Source: Balanoglossus misakiensis (Eukaryota; Animalia; Hemichordata). Taken from it: 64,000 nt of DNA. The notes under the pieces are model-generated. The model had not been told where the DNA came from. It worked only from the letters and a program-made list of their open reading frames with translations, and searched no databases. The position numbers and the translations under genes are program-made. Position 1 is the first letter of the stretch; each line of letters begins with the position of its first letter. This document shows, piece by piece, positions 33,701 to 48,700 of the stretch. The stretch is taken from assembly GCA_040954595.2 (NCBI GenBank), contig CM082583.2:2737060-2801059 (forward strand), read 5' to 3'.

Positions 33701-36700
33701 GAAACATAATGTTGTCTTTTATCGCATGAAATATCAAGGTTATATCTATGTTTGGTGCTGATATAGTGTTTAAAGTAGGTCAAAGGTCACCCAGGGGTCA
33801 CCAAAAATTTGGGGAGAATATTTTGACCCATAGTGGTCCATGTCCAACAAAAACCAGACCTCTAGCCCTTTTGGTTAGCCTGGAATTAGGTATGAACATA
33901 AATAATGAGTTAAGCAGGTGTCACAGGTGACCCAAAACTTTGGCTTTTCATTATGGCCCCATACCTCCAAACGCCAAGGCTGTATCTGCTGTGGATGTCG
34001 AGATATGCAAAAGTAGGTCAAAGGTCACCCGAGGTCACCCAAAATTTGGGCAACAAATTTTGACCCAATACTGGTCCATGTCCAATAAAAACCAAACCTC
34101 TCCGTCTATTGGTTCATCTGTAATTAGGTATGCGCATATTTAATGACGTCAGCAGAGGTCAAAGGGGTCATGAAAAGTAGCGAAATTTTTTGATCACATA
34201 CAAATCCACATACATCAAAACCAAAATGATAGCCCTATAGGTTAGCCTGGAATTAGATATGCAGAAAAAACGATGTGTCAAAAGTAGGTCAAAGGTCATT
34301 GGCAAAATTACCAAAATATTTGGGGTAGGTCCTGGCAGGGGTGATACCAATGTGCACAAAAATCAGAACTCTGGTACATTTAGAACACGTAGTATGAGCT
34401 ATATATGCATATATGCAGGTTCTTTAAAAAGTAGGTCAAAGGTCATGTGAAAATTGCCAAAATATTTGCAACATATTCTAGTCATATGACGACTCATATC
34501 CATAGAAAGAATTTGTATGCTATCTATTTTTAGACTAGAAAAATGATTTCTTAATTTTCACTGGTTTTTACAAAATCCAATATGGCCGCCATAATCTTCG
34601 ACCAATCACAACGGTCTTCGCAAACTTGATAGACATCAGTTAGGTGATGTCATACCCTAAATCCCATGACTCGGTTATTGCCGGTTCTGGAGAAGAAGAT
34701 TTTTGAAGATTTTACTGTACTTTTTTGAAAATCCAATATGGCGGCCAAAGTCACATGACCGCTCAGGATTTTATTGTCAAACTTTGAAGGGCAGAGGACA
34801 TGTGTACCATACACCAAATTTGAACTTGATTGGCCCTGTGGTTTTTGAGAAGAAGCCATTTAAAGATTTTCAGAAAATCCAATATGGCCGCCAGGTCACG
34901 TGACTAATTAAATATTCACAAGCCACTGCACATCTACTCATTGACCTTGACCACTGTAGCAAGTTTGAGAAGTGTACCTGTAGCCGTTTCAGAGATCTAG
35001 GAGAGCAAAGAATTGACATAAGAATAAAGAAAGAAAGAAATATAGCTGCAAGCAGCGATGACGGGCCCAAGCTTAAGCCGAAGGTCAAAGGTCATATGTC
35101 ATCACCCAAAAGTTGGGCAAGAAATTTTGACCCCATACTGGTCCATGTTCAACAAAAATCAAACCTCTAACCCTATTGGTTAGTCTGGAATAAGGTATGC
35201 ACATAATTAATGAGTTCACCAGGTGTTACAGGTGACTTAATAATTTCACTTTTCATTTTCAACCCATCCCTCCAAACGCCAAGGCTGTACTTGCTCTGGA
35301 TGCTGAGATATGGTTAAGTAGGTCAAAGGTCACCTGAGGTCACCCAAAATTTGGGCAAGAAATTTTGACCCTATACTGGTCCATGTCCAATAAGAACAAA
35401 ACCTGTAGCCCTATTAGTTATCCCTGAATTAGGTATGCACATAATTAATGAGATAAGCAGGTGTCACAGGTGACCCCCAATTTTGGCTTTTCAATTTTAG
35501 TCCCAACCCTCCAAACGCCAAGTCTGTACCTGCTCTGAATGCAGAGATATAGGAAAGTAGGTCAAAGGTCACCTGAGGTCACCCAAAATTTGGGCAAACT
35601 TTTTTTGACCCCATACTTGTCCATGTTCCACAAGAACAAAACCTCTAGCCCTAATAGTTAGCCGAAAATTAGGTATGCACATAATTAATGAGATAAGCAG
35701 GTGCCACAGGTGACCCCCAATTTTGGCTTTTCAATTTTAGTCCCAACCATCCAAACGCCAAGTCTGTACCTACTCTGAATGCAGAGATATAGGAAAGTAG
35801 GTCAAAGGTCACCTGAGGTCACCCAAAATTTATTTTGGCGAAATTTTTTGACCCCATACTGATCCATGTTCCACAAGAACAAAACCTCTAGCCCTAATAG
35901 TTAGCCCAAAATTAGGTATGCACATAATTAATGAGTTAAGCAGGTGTTACAGGTGAGCCAAAAATTTTGCCTTTTATTTTGGTCCCATTCTGCTTACAGG
36001 CCAATAGACAGTCACTGTACAGGACCATTGCACAGACGTGGACATAGCGTCATAGCTTAACTATACAGTATAGGCCCTTGGCTTAGTCCAAAAATATGAA
36101 AAACTAATAATATTTAAAAGTCTTCTTCTCAAAATAGACTTGGCCCACGGCCTTGATATTTGGTATGTTGGACACTGACCACATGGTCCACAAAGTATCC
36201 TAACAGAATTTTGATATCTCCATTCATATGCAAATTAGGCCCATTTGAAAACTTTCCCCATATATGGTCAACAGGTCACATGACTAATTAAACATTCACA
36301 AGGGTACTGCACCAGCTCTCATAGGCCTGCACCATTTTGCCAAGTTTGAAATTTGAAGGTTCAGCCGTTTTCAAGATCCTATTGGCCGAAAAAACTACAC
36401 AAGAAAAAAAAGAAGAAAAACCAGGATAATACCAATAGGGCCCAAGCGCTGCATGCGCTTGGGCCCTAAAAACCCCAACGAAACCAATACGGGCCCAAGC
36501 CTGGCTTGGCTTGGGCCCGTAAAAATTCCAACGAAACCAATAGGGCCCAAGCGCTTGCGTGCGCTTGGGCCCTAATTAAAGCTGCGAGCAGCATTGTCGG
36601 GCCCAAGCGCTGATCTTGAATTATATATGCACAGTATGAATGAGAAGAAACAGAATTTTCTATCGGATGTATTATCGCATGACATAACAAGGATGTGTGT

Positions 36701-39700
36701 ATTATTGCTGCTGAAATAGGGTGAAGTAGGTCAAAGGTCACCTGAGGTCACCCAACATTTGGGCAATTTTTTTTTACCCATACTGGTCCATGTCCAACAA
36801 AAACCAAAACTCTAGCTCTATTGGTTCGCCTGTAATTAGATATGTGCATATTTAATGAGGTCAGCAGGTGTCACAGGTGACCCAAAAATGTGGCTGTACA
36901 TTTTTGCCCCATCCTGCCAAATGCCAAGGCTGTATCTGCTCTGGATGCTGAGATATGCGAAAGTGGGTCAAAGGTCACCTGAGGTCACCAAACATTTGGG
37001 CAAAATTTTTTGACCCATACTGGTCCATGTCAAACAAAAACTAAAACTCTAGCTCTATTGGTTCGCCTGTAATTAGGTATGTGCATATTTAATGAGGTCA
37101 GCAGAGGTCAAAGGGGTCATGAAAAGTAGCAAAATATTTTGATCACACACTAATCCACATTCATCAAAAACCAAACCTCTAGCCCTATAGGTTAGCCTGG
37201 AATTAGATATGCAGAAATAATAACGCATGATAAGTAGGTCAAAGGTCATGTGAAAAATCACCAAAAAATTGTAGCATATTTTAGTCACATGACGACTGAT
37301 ATCCATAAAAAGAATTTGTATGCTATCAATTTTTAGACTAGAAAAAGGAATTTCAATTTGTCACTGCTTTTTACAAAATCCAATATGGCCGCCATAATCT
37401 TCGACCAATCACAATGCTCTTTGCAAACTTGATAGACATCAGTGTAGTGACCATACTCCCCGAATCTTGCGACTCAGTCATCGGTCGTTCTGGAGAAGAA
37501 GATTTTTGCAGTTTTACTATGGTTTTTCGAAAATCCAATATGGCCGCCATAATCTTCAACCAATCACAATGATCTTCGCAAACTTGATAGACATCAGTTA
37601 GGTGACCACATACCCCAAACCCCGTGTCTCGGTTATCACTGGTTCTGGAGAAGAAGATTTTTGAAATTTAAGCCAGATTTGAGAAAAACAACTGTAGCAA
37701 AAAAACTGCAACATTGACAGCAAAATAGCCAATTACACAAATGATGGGTAGAAGGTAGTCTACCTGCATGCCAAATTTGAAGTCGATCTGACTTGTAGTT
37801 TCTGAGATCTGAGATTTGATTTTTTTCAGAAAATCCAATATGGCCGCCAGGTCACGTGACTAATTAAGTATTCACAAGTCACTGCACATCTACTCATTGA
37901 CCTTGACCACTGTAGCAAGTTTGAGAAGTGTACCTGCAGCGGTGTCTGAGATCTCGTTGCCCAAAGAATTGACACAAGAATAAAGAAAGAAAGAAAGAAA
38001 GATTAAAGCTGCAAGCAGCATTGTCGGGCCCAAGCGCTGATCTTGAATTATATATGCACAGTATGAATGAGAAGAAACAGAATTTTCTATCGGATGTATT
38101 ATCTCATGACATAACAAGGATGTGTGTATTTTTGCTGCTGAAATAGGGTGAAGTAGGTCAAAGGTCACCTGAGGTCACCCACAATTTGGGCAATTTTTTT
38201 ACCCATACTGGTCCATGTCCAACAAAAACCAAAAGTCTAGCTCTATTGGTTCGCCTGTAATTAGGTATGTGCATATTTAATGAGGTCAGCAGGTGTCACA
38301 GGTGACCCAAAAATGTGGCTTTACATTTTGGTCCCATCCTACCAAATGCCATGGCTGTATCTGCTCTGGATGCTGAGATATGCGAAAGTAGGTCAAAGGT
38401 CACCAGAGGTCACCCAACATTTGGGCAAAAAATGTTGATCCCATACTGGTCCATGTCCAACAAAAACCAAACCTCTAGCTCTATTGGTTCGCCTGTAATT
38501 AGCTATGCACATAATTAATGAGGTCAGCAGAGGTCAAAGGGGTCATGAAAAGTAGCAAAATATTTTGATCACACACTAATCCACATTCATCAAAAACCAA
38601 ACGTCTAGCCCTATAGGTTAGCCTGGAATTAAATATGCAGAAATAATAACGCGTGATAAGTAGGTCAAAGGTCATGTGAAAAATCGCCAAAAAATTGTAA
38701 CATATTTTAGTCACATGACGATTGATATCCATAAAAAGAATTTGTATGCTATCAATTTTTAGACTAGAAAAAGGAATTTCAATTTTTCACTGCTTTTTAC
38801 AAAATCCAATATGGCCGCCATAATTTTCGACCAATCACAATGTTCTTTGCAAACTTGATAGACATCAGTGTAGTGACCATACTCCCCGAATCTTGCGACT
38901 CAGTTATTGCCTGTTCTGGAGAAGAAGATTTTTTGAGCTTTACTATGGTTTTTCGAAAATCCAATATGGCCGCCATAATCTTCGACCAATCACAATGATC
39001 TTCGCAAACTTGATAGACATCAGTTAGGTGACCACATACCACAAACCGCGTGACTCGGTTATCGCCGGTTCTGGAGAAGAAGATTTTTGAAATTTTGACC
39101 AGATTTCAGAAAAACAACTGTAGCAAAAAAACTGCAACATTGACAGCAAAATATCCAATTACAAAAATGATGGGTAGAAGGTACACTACCTGCACGCCAA
39201 ATCTGAAGTCGATCTGACTTGTAGTTTCTGAGATCTGCGATTTGCATTTTTTCAGAAAATCCAATATGGCCGCCAGGTCACGTGACTAATTAAGTATTCA
39301 CAAGTCACTGCACATCTACTTATTGACCTTGACCACTGTAGCAAGTTTGAGCAGTGTACCTGCAGTAGTTTCAGAGATCTCGTTGGCCGAAGAATTGACA
39401 CAAGAAAAAAGAAAGAAAGAAAGAATTAAAGCTGCGAGCAGCATTGTCGGGCCCAAGCGCTGATCTTGAATTATATATGCACAGTATGAATGAGAAGAAA
39501 CAGAATTTAATATCGGATGTATTATCTCATGACATAACAGGGATGTGTGTATTTTTGCTGCTGAAATAGGGTGAAGTAGGTCAAAGGTCACCTGAGGTCA
39601 CCCAACGTTTGGGCAATTTTTTTTACCCATACTGGTCCATGTCCAACAAAAACCAAAACTCTAGCTCTATTGGTTCGCCTGTAATTAGGTATGTGCATAT

Positions 39701-42700
39701 TAAATGAGGTCAGCAGGTGTCACAGGTGACCCAAAAATTTGGCTTTACATTAAGCTCCCATCCTGCCAAATGCCAAGGCTGTATCTGCTCTGGATGCTGA
39801 GATATGTGAAAGTAGGTCAAAGGTCACCAGAGGTCACCCAACATTTAGGCAAAAATTTTGACCCCATACTGGTCCATGTTCAACAAAAACCAAACCTCTA
39901 GCTCTGTTGGTTCGCCTGTAATTAGCTATGCACATAATTAATGAGGTCAGCTGAGGTCAAAGGGGTCATGAAAAGTAGCAAAATATTTTGATCACACACT
40001 AATCCACATTCATCAAAAACCAAACGTCTAGCCCTATAGGTTAGCCAGGAATTAGATATGCAGAAATAATAACGCGTGATAAGTAGGTCAAAGGTCATGT
40101 GAAAAATTGTCAAAAAATTGTAACATATTTTAGTCACATGACGATTGATATCCATAAAAAGAATTTGTATGCTATCAATTTTAAGACTAGAAAAAGGAAT
40201 TTCAATTTTTCACTGCTTTTTACAAAATCCAATATGGCCGCCATAATCTTCGACCAATCACAATGCTGTTTGCAAACTTGATAGACATCAGTGTAGTGAC
40301 CATACTCCCCGAATCTTGCGACTCAGTCATCGCCCGTTCTGGAGTAGAAGATTTTTGGAGTTTAACTATGGTTTTTCGAAAATCCAATATGGCCGCCATA
40401 ATCTTCGACCAATCACAATGATCTTCGCAAACTTGATAGACATCAGTTAGGTGACCACATACCCCAAACCGCGTGACTCGGTTATCGCCGGTTCTGGAGA
40501 AGAAGATTTTTGAAATTTTGACCAGATTTCAGAAAAACAACTGTAGCAAAAAAACTGCAACATTGACAGCAAAATATCCAATTACAAAAATGATGGGCTG
40601 AAGGTACACTACCTGCACGCCAAATCTGAAGTCGATCTGACTTGTAGTTTCTGAGATCTGAGATTTGCATTTTTTCAGAAAATCCAATATGGCCGCCATG
40701 TCACGTGACTAATTAAATATTCACAAGCCACTGCACATCGACTCATTGACCTTGACCACTGTAGCAAGTTTGAGAAGTGTACCTGCAGTAGTTTCAGAGA
40801 TTTAGTTGGCCGAAGAATTGACACAAGAAAAAAGAAAGAAAGAAAGAAAGAAAAACCCCAACGAAACCAATAGGGCCCAAGCGCAAGCAAGCGCTTGGGC
40901 CCTAAAGATTAAAGCTGCAAGCAGCATTGTCCGGGCCCAAGCTCTATTATCTGATCTGATTATTAGATATGCACATAATTAATGAGTAGAAACATAATGC
41001 TGTGTTTTATCCCATGAAATATCAAGTTTATATCTATGTTTGGTGTTGATATAGTGTTAAGTAGGTCAAAGGTCACCCAGAGGTCACCCACAATTTGGGC
41101 AGAAAATTTTGACCCATAGTGGTCCATGTTCAACAAAAACCAGATCTCTAGCCCTTTTGGTTAGCCCGTAATTAGGTATGCACATAAATAATGAGTTAAG
41201 CAGGTGTCACAGGTGACCAAAAACTTTGGCTTTTCATTATGGCCCCATACCTCCAAACGCCAAGGCTGTATCTGCTGTGGATGTCAAGATATGGAAAAGT
41301 AGGTCAAAGGTCACCCGAGGTCACCCAACATTTGGGCAAAATATTTTGACCCCATAGTGGTCCATGTATAACAAAAACAAAATCTCTAGGTCTATTGGTT
41401 CATCTGTAATTAGGTATGTGCATATTTAATGAGGTCAGCAGAGGTCAAAGGGGTCATGAAAAGTATCAAAATTTTTTGATCACATACAAATCCACATACA
41501 TCAAAAACCAAACTTATAGCCCTATTGGTTAGCCTGGAATTAGATATGCAGAAAAAGGATGCGTCAAAAGTAGGTCAAAGGTCATTGTCAAAATTACCAA
41601 AATATTTATAGCTTATTCTTGTCATATGATGATTCATATCCTTAAAAAGAATTTATGTGCTATCAATTTTTAGGCCAGAAAGGGAATTTTTACTTTTTAA
41701 TGGTTTTTCACAAAATCCAATATGGCCGCCATAATCTTCGACCAATCACATTCTTCTTAGCAAACTTGATAGACATCTTTTTAATGACCACACACACCAA
41801 ATCTTGTGACTCGGTTATCGCCGGTTCTTGAGAAGAAGATTTTTGAAATTTTACTAGGGTTTTTCGAAAATCCAATATGGCCGCCATAATCTTCGACCAA
41901 TCACAATGATCTTCGCAAACTTGATAGACATCAGTTAGGTGACCACATACACCAAACCCTGTGTCTCGGTTATCACCGGTTCTGGAGAAGAAGATTTTTG
42001 AAATTTAAGCCAGATTTCAGAAAAAAAATTGTAGCAAAAAACTGCAACTTTGTCAGCATAATTTCCAATTACAAAAATGATGGGCAGAAGGTAGTCTACC
42101 AGCATGCCAAATTTGAAGTCGATCTGACTTGTAGTTTCTGAGATCTGAGATTTGCATTTTTTCAGAAAATCCAAGATGGCCGCCAGGTCACGTGACTAAT
42201 TAAAAATTCAAGGTTCAATGCACGACTACTCATTGACCTTGACCACTGTAGCAAGTTTCAGAAGTGTACCTGCAGCGGTGTCTGAGATCTCGTGGGTCAA
42301 AGAATTGACACAAGAATAAAGAAAGAAAGAAAGAAAGTAAAATTCCAACGAAACCAATACGGGCCCAAGCCTGGCTTGGCTTGGGCCCGTAAAAAACCCC
42401 AACGAAACCAATAGGGCCCAAGCGCAAGCAAGCGCTTGGGCCCTAAAAAATTCCAACGAAACCAATAGGGCCCAAGCGCTTGCGTGCGCTTGGGCCCTAA
42501 TTAAAGCTGCAAGCAGCATTGTCCGGGCCCAAGCTCTATTATCTGATCTGATATTAGATATGCACATAATTAATGAGAAGAAACATAATGCTGTGTTTAT
42601 CCCATGAAATATCAAGGTTATAACTATATTTGGTGCTGATATAGTGTTAAGTAGGTCAAAGGTCACCCAGAGGTCACCCACAATTTGGGCAGAAAATTTT

Positions 42701-45700
42701 GATCCATAGTGGTCCATGTCCAACAAAAACCAGACCTCTTGGCCTTTTGGTTAGCACGGAATTAGGTATGCACATAAATAATGAATTGAGCAGGGGTCAC
42801 AGGTGACCCAAAACTTTGGCTTTTCATTATGGCCCCATACCTCCAAACTCCAAGGCTGTATATGCTGTGGATGTCGAGATATGCAAAAGTAGGTCAAAGG
42901 TCACCCGAGGTCACCCAACATTTGTGCAAAATATTTTGACCCCATACTGGTCCATGTATAACAAAAACCAAACCTCTAGGTCTATTTGTTCATCATTAAT
43001 TAGGTATGTGCATATTTAATGAGGTCAGCAGAGGTCAAAGGGGTCATGAAAAGTAGCAAAATTTTTTGATCACATACAAATCCACATACATCAAAAACCA
43101 AACTTATAGCCCTATTGGTTAGCCTGGAATTAGATATGCAGAAAAATGAAGCGTCAAAAGTAGGTCAAAGGTCATTGCCAAAATTACCAAAATATTTATA
43201 GCTAATTCTTGTCATATGATGATTCATATCCATAAAAAAAATTTCTGTGCTATCAATGTTTAGGCTAGAAAAGGAATTTTTACTTTTTAATCGATTTTCA
43301 CAAAATTCAATATGGCCGCCATAATCTTCGACCAATCACATTCCCCTTCGCAAACTTGATAGACATCTGTTTAATGACCACACACACCAAATCTTGTGAC
43401 TCGGTTATCGCCCGTTCTGGAGAAGAAGATTTTTGAAGTTTTACTATGGTTTTTCGAAAATCCAATATGGCCGCCATAATCTTCGACCAATCACAATGAT
43501 CTTCGCAAACTTGATAGACATCAGTTAGGTGACCACATACCTCAAATGGCGTGACTCGGTTATCGCCGGTTCTGGAGAAGAAGATTTTTGAAAATTTGAC
43601 CAGATTTCAGAAAAACAACTGTAGCAAAAAAACTGCAACATTGACAGCATAATATCCAATTACAAAAATGATGGGCATAAGGTATACTAGCTGCACACCA
43701 AATTTGAAGTCAATCTGACTTGTAGTTTCTGAGATCTGAGATTTGCATTTTTTCAGAAAATCCAATATGGCCGCCAGGTCACGTGACTAATTAAATATTC
43801 ACGAGCCACTGCACATCTACTCATTGGCCCCTATCTGCCTACCAAGTTTCAGCCTGGTTGGTGCTGCAGTTTTTGAGATTTAGGTGGCCGAAAAATGGAA
43901 CCAAGAATAAAGAAGGAAAGAAAGAAAGACTGAATTAAAGCTGCAAGCAGCATTGTCCGGGCCCAAGCTCTATTATCTGATCTGATGCTAATATAGTGTT
44001 AAGTAGGTCAAAGGTCACCCGAGGTCACCCAACATTTGGGCAAAATATTTTGACCCCATACTGGTCCATGTATAACAAAAACAAAACCTCTAGGTCTATT
44101 GGTTCATCATTAATTAGGTATGCGCATATTTAATGAGGTCACCAGAGGTCAAAGGGGTCATGAAAAGTAGCAAAATGTTTTGATCACATACAAATCCACA
44201 TACATCAAAAACCAAACTTATAGCCCTATTGGTTAGCCTGGAATTAGATATGCAGAAAAACGATTCGTCAAAAGTAGGTCAAAGGTCATTGCCAAAATTA
44301 CCAAAATATTTATAGGTTATTCTTGTCATATGATGATTCATATCCATAAAAAGAATTTCTGTGCTATCAATTTTTAGGCTAGAAAAGGAATTTTTACTTT
44401 TTAATCGTTTTTCACAAAATCCAATATGGCCGCCATAATCTTCGACCAATCACATTCCCCTTCGCAAACTTGATAGACATCTGTTTAATGACCACACACA
44501 CCAAATCTTGTGACTCGGTTATCACCCGTTCTGGAGAAGAAGATTTTTGAAGTTTTACTATGGTTTTTCGAAAATCCAATATGGCCGCCATAATCTTCGA
44601 CCAATCACAATGATCTTCGCAAACTTGATAGACATCAGTTAGGTGACCACATACCCCAAACGGCATAACTCGGTTATCGCCGGTTCTGGAGAAGAAGATT
44701 TTTGAAATTTTGACCAGATTTCAGAAAAACAACTGTAGCAAAAAAACTGCAACATTGACAGCAAAATATCCAATTACAAAAATGATGGGCAGAGGGTATA
44801 CTACCAGCACGCCAAATCTGAAGTCGATCTGACTTGTAGTTTCTGAGATCTGAGATTTGCATTTTTTCAGAAAATCCAATATGGCCGCCATGTCACGTGA
44901 CTAATTAAGTATTCACAAGTCACTGCACATCTACTCATTGACCTTGACCACTGTAGCAAGTTTGAGAACTGTACCTGCAGCGGTGTCTGAGATCTAGAGC
45001 GCGAAAGAAATGAACCAAGAATAAAGAAAGAAAGAAAGAAAGAATTAAAGCTGCAAGCAGCATTGTCCGGGCCCAAGCTCTATTATCTGATCTGATGCTA
45101 ATATAGTGTTAAGTAGGTCAAAGGTCACCCGAGGTCACCCAATATTTGGGCAAAATATTTTGACCCCATACTGGTCCATGTATAACAAAAACAAAACCTC
45201 TAGGTCTATTGGTTCATCATTAATTAGGTATGCGCATATTTAATGAGGTCACCAGAGGTCAAAGGGGTCATGAAAAGTAGCAAAATGTTTTGATCACATA
45301 CAAATCCACATACATCAAAAACCAAACTTATAGCCCTATTGGTTAGCCTGGAATTAGATATGCAGAAAAATGATTCGTCAAAAGTAGGTCAAAGGTCATT
45401 GCCAAAATTACAAAAATATTTATAGCTTATTCTTGTCATATGATGATTCATATCCATAAAAAGAATTTCTGTGCTATCAATTTTTAGGCTAGAAAAGGAA
45501 TTTTTACTTTTTAATCGTTTTTCACAAAATCCAATATGGCCGCCATAATCTTCAACCAATCACATTCCCCTTCGCAAACTTGATAGACATCCGTTTAATG
45601 ACCACACACACCAAATCTTGTGACTCGGTTATCGCCCGTTCTGGAGGAGAAGATTTTTGAAGTTTTACTATGGTTTTTCAAAAATTCAATATGGCCGCCA

Positions 45701-48700
45701 TAATCTTTGACCAATCACAATGATCTTCGCAAACTTGATAGACATCAGTTAGGTGACCACATAACCCAAACGGCGTGACTCGGTTATCGCCGGTTCTGGA
45801 GAAGAAGATTTTTGAAATTTTGACCAGATTTCAGAAAAACAACTGTAGCAAAAAAACTGCAACATTGACAGCAAAATATCCAATTACAAAAATGATGGGC
45901 AGAGGGTATACTACCAGCACGCCAAATCTGAAGTCGATCTGACTTGTAGTTTCTGAGATCTGAGATTTGCATTTTTTCAGAAAATCCAATATGGCCGCCA
46001 TGTCACGTGACTAATTAAGTATTCACAAGTCACTGCACATCTACTCATTGACCTTGACCACTGTAGCAAGTTTGAGAACTGTACCTGCAGCGGTGTCTGA
46101 GATCTAGAGCGCGAAAGAAATGAACCAAGAATAAAGAAAGAAAGAAAAACCCCAACGAAACCAATACGGGCCCAAGCCTGGCTTGGCTTGGGCCCGTAAA
46201 AACCCCAACGAAACCAATAGGGCCCAAGCGCTGGTTTGCGCTTGGGCCCTAATTAAAGCTGCAAGCAGCATTGTCGGGCCCAAGCGCTGATCTTGAATTA
46301 TATATGCACAGTATGAATGAGAAATTAAAGCTGCAAGCAGCATTGTCCGGGCCCAAGCTCTATTATCTGATCTGATTATTAGATATGCACATAATTAATG
46401 AGTAGAAACATAATGCTGTGTTTTATCCCATGAAATATCAAGGTTATATCTAGGTTTGGTGTTGACATAATATTAAGTAGGTCAAAGGTCACCCAGAGGT
46501 CACCAATTATTTGGGCAGAATATTTTGACCCATAGTGGTCTATGTCCAACAAAAACCAGATCTCTAGCCCTTTTGGTTAGCCCGGAATTAGGTATGAACA
46601 TAAATAATGAGTAAAGCAGGTGTCACAGGTGACACAAAACTTTGGCTTTTCATTATGGCCCCATACCTCCAAATGCCAACGCTGTACCTGCTTTGGATGC
46701 CGAGATATGCAAAAGTAGGTCAAAGGTCATCTGAGGTCACCCAAAATTTTGGCAGAAAATTTTGACCCATAGTGGTCCATGTCCAACAAAAACCAGACCT
46801 CTAGCCATTTTGGTTAGCCCGGAATTAGGTATGCACATAAATAATGAGTAAAGCAGGTGTCACAGGTGACCCAAAACTTTGGCTTTTCATTATGGCCCCA
46901 TACCTCCAAACGCCAAGGCTGTATCTGGTGTGGATGTCGAGATATGCAAAAGTAGGTCAAAGGTCACCCTAGGTCACCCAACATTTGGGCAAAATATTTT
47001 GACCCCATACTGGTCCATGTATAACAAAAACAAAACCTCTAGGTCTATTGGTTCATCTGTAATTAGGTATATGCATATTTAATGAGGTCAGTAGAGGTCA
47101 AAGGGGTCATGAAAAGTAGCAAAATTTTTTGATCACATACAAATCCACATACATCAAAAACCAAACTTATAGCCCTATTGGTTAGCCTGGAATTAGATAT
47201 GCAGAAAAATGATGCGTCAAAAGTAGGTCAAAGGTCATTGCCAAAATTACCAAAATATTTATAGGTTATTCTTGTCATATGATGATTCATATCCATAAAA
47301 AGAATTTCTGTGCTATCAATTTTTGGGCTAGAAAAGGAATTTTTACTTTTTAATCGTTTTTCACAAAATCCAATATGGCCGCCATAATCTTCGACCAATC
47401 ACATTCCCCTTCGCAAACTTGATAGACATCTGTTTAATGACCACACACACCAAATCTTGTGACTCGGTTATCGCCTGTTCTGGAGAAGAAGATTTTTGAA
47501 GTTTTACTATGGTTTTTCGAAAATCCAATATGGCCGCCATAATCTTCGACCAATCACAATGATCTTCGCAAACTTGATAGACATCAGTTAGGTGACCACA
47601 TACCCCAAACGGCGTGACTCGGTTATCGCCGGTTCTGGAGAAGAAGATTTTTGAAATTTTGACCAGATTTCAGAAAAACAACTGTAGCAAAAAAACTGCA
47701 ACATTGACAGCAAAATATCCAATTACAAAAATGATGGGCAGAGGGTATACTACCAGCACACCAAATCTGAAGTCGATCTGACTTGTAGTTTCTGAGATCT
47801 GAGATTTGCATTTTTTCAGAAAATCCAATATGGCCGCCATGTCACGTGACTAATTAAGTATTCACAAGTCACTGCACATCTACTCATTGACCTTGACCAC
47901 TGTAGCAAGTTTGAGAACTGTACCTGCAGCGGTGTCTGAGATCTAGAGCGCGAAAGAAGTGAACCAAGAATAAAGAAAGAAAGAAAGAAAGAAAGAAAAA
48001 CCCCAACGAAACCAATACGGGCCCAAGCCTGGCTTGGCTTGGGCCCGTAAAAACAGAATTTTCTATCGTATGTATTATCTGATGACATAACAAGGATGTG
48101 TGTATTTTTGCTGCTGAAATAGGGTGAAGTAGGTCAAAGGTCACCAGAGGTCACGCAACATTTGGGCAAAAAATTTTGATCCCACACTGGTCCATGTCCA
48201 ACAAAAAACAAAACTCTAGCTCTATTGGTTCGCCTGTAATTAGGTATGTGCATATTTAATGAGGTCAGCAGGTGTCACAGGTGACTCAAAAATGTGGCTT
48301 TACATTTTGGTCCCATCCTACCAAATGCCATGGCTGTATCTGCTCTGGATGCTGAGATATGCGAAAGTAGGTCAAAGGTCACCAGAGGTCACGCAACATT
48401 TGGGCAAAAAAGTTTGATCTCATACTGGTCTGTGTCCAACAAAAACCAAACCTCTAGCTCTATTGGTTCGCCTGTAATTAGCTATGCACATAATTAATGA
48501 GGTCAGCAGAGGTCAAAGGGGTCATGAAAAGTAGCAAAATATTTTGATCACACACTAATCCACATTCATCAAAAACCAAACGTCTAGCCCTACAGGTTAG
48601 CCTGGAATTAGATATGCAGAAATACTAACGCGTGATAAGTAGGTCAAAGGTCATGTGAAAAATCGCCGAAAAATTGTAACATATTTTAGTCACATGACGA

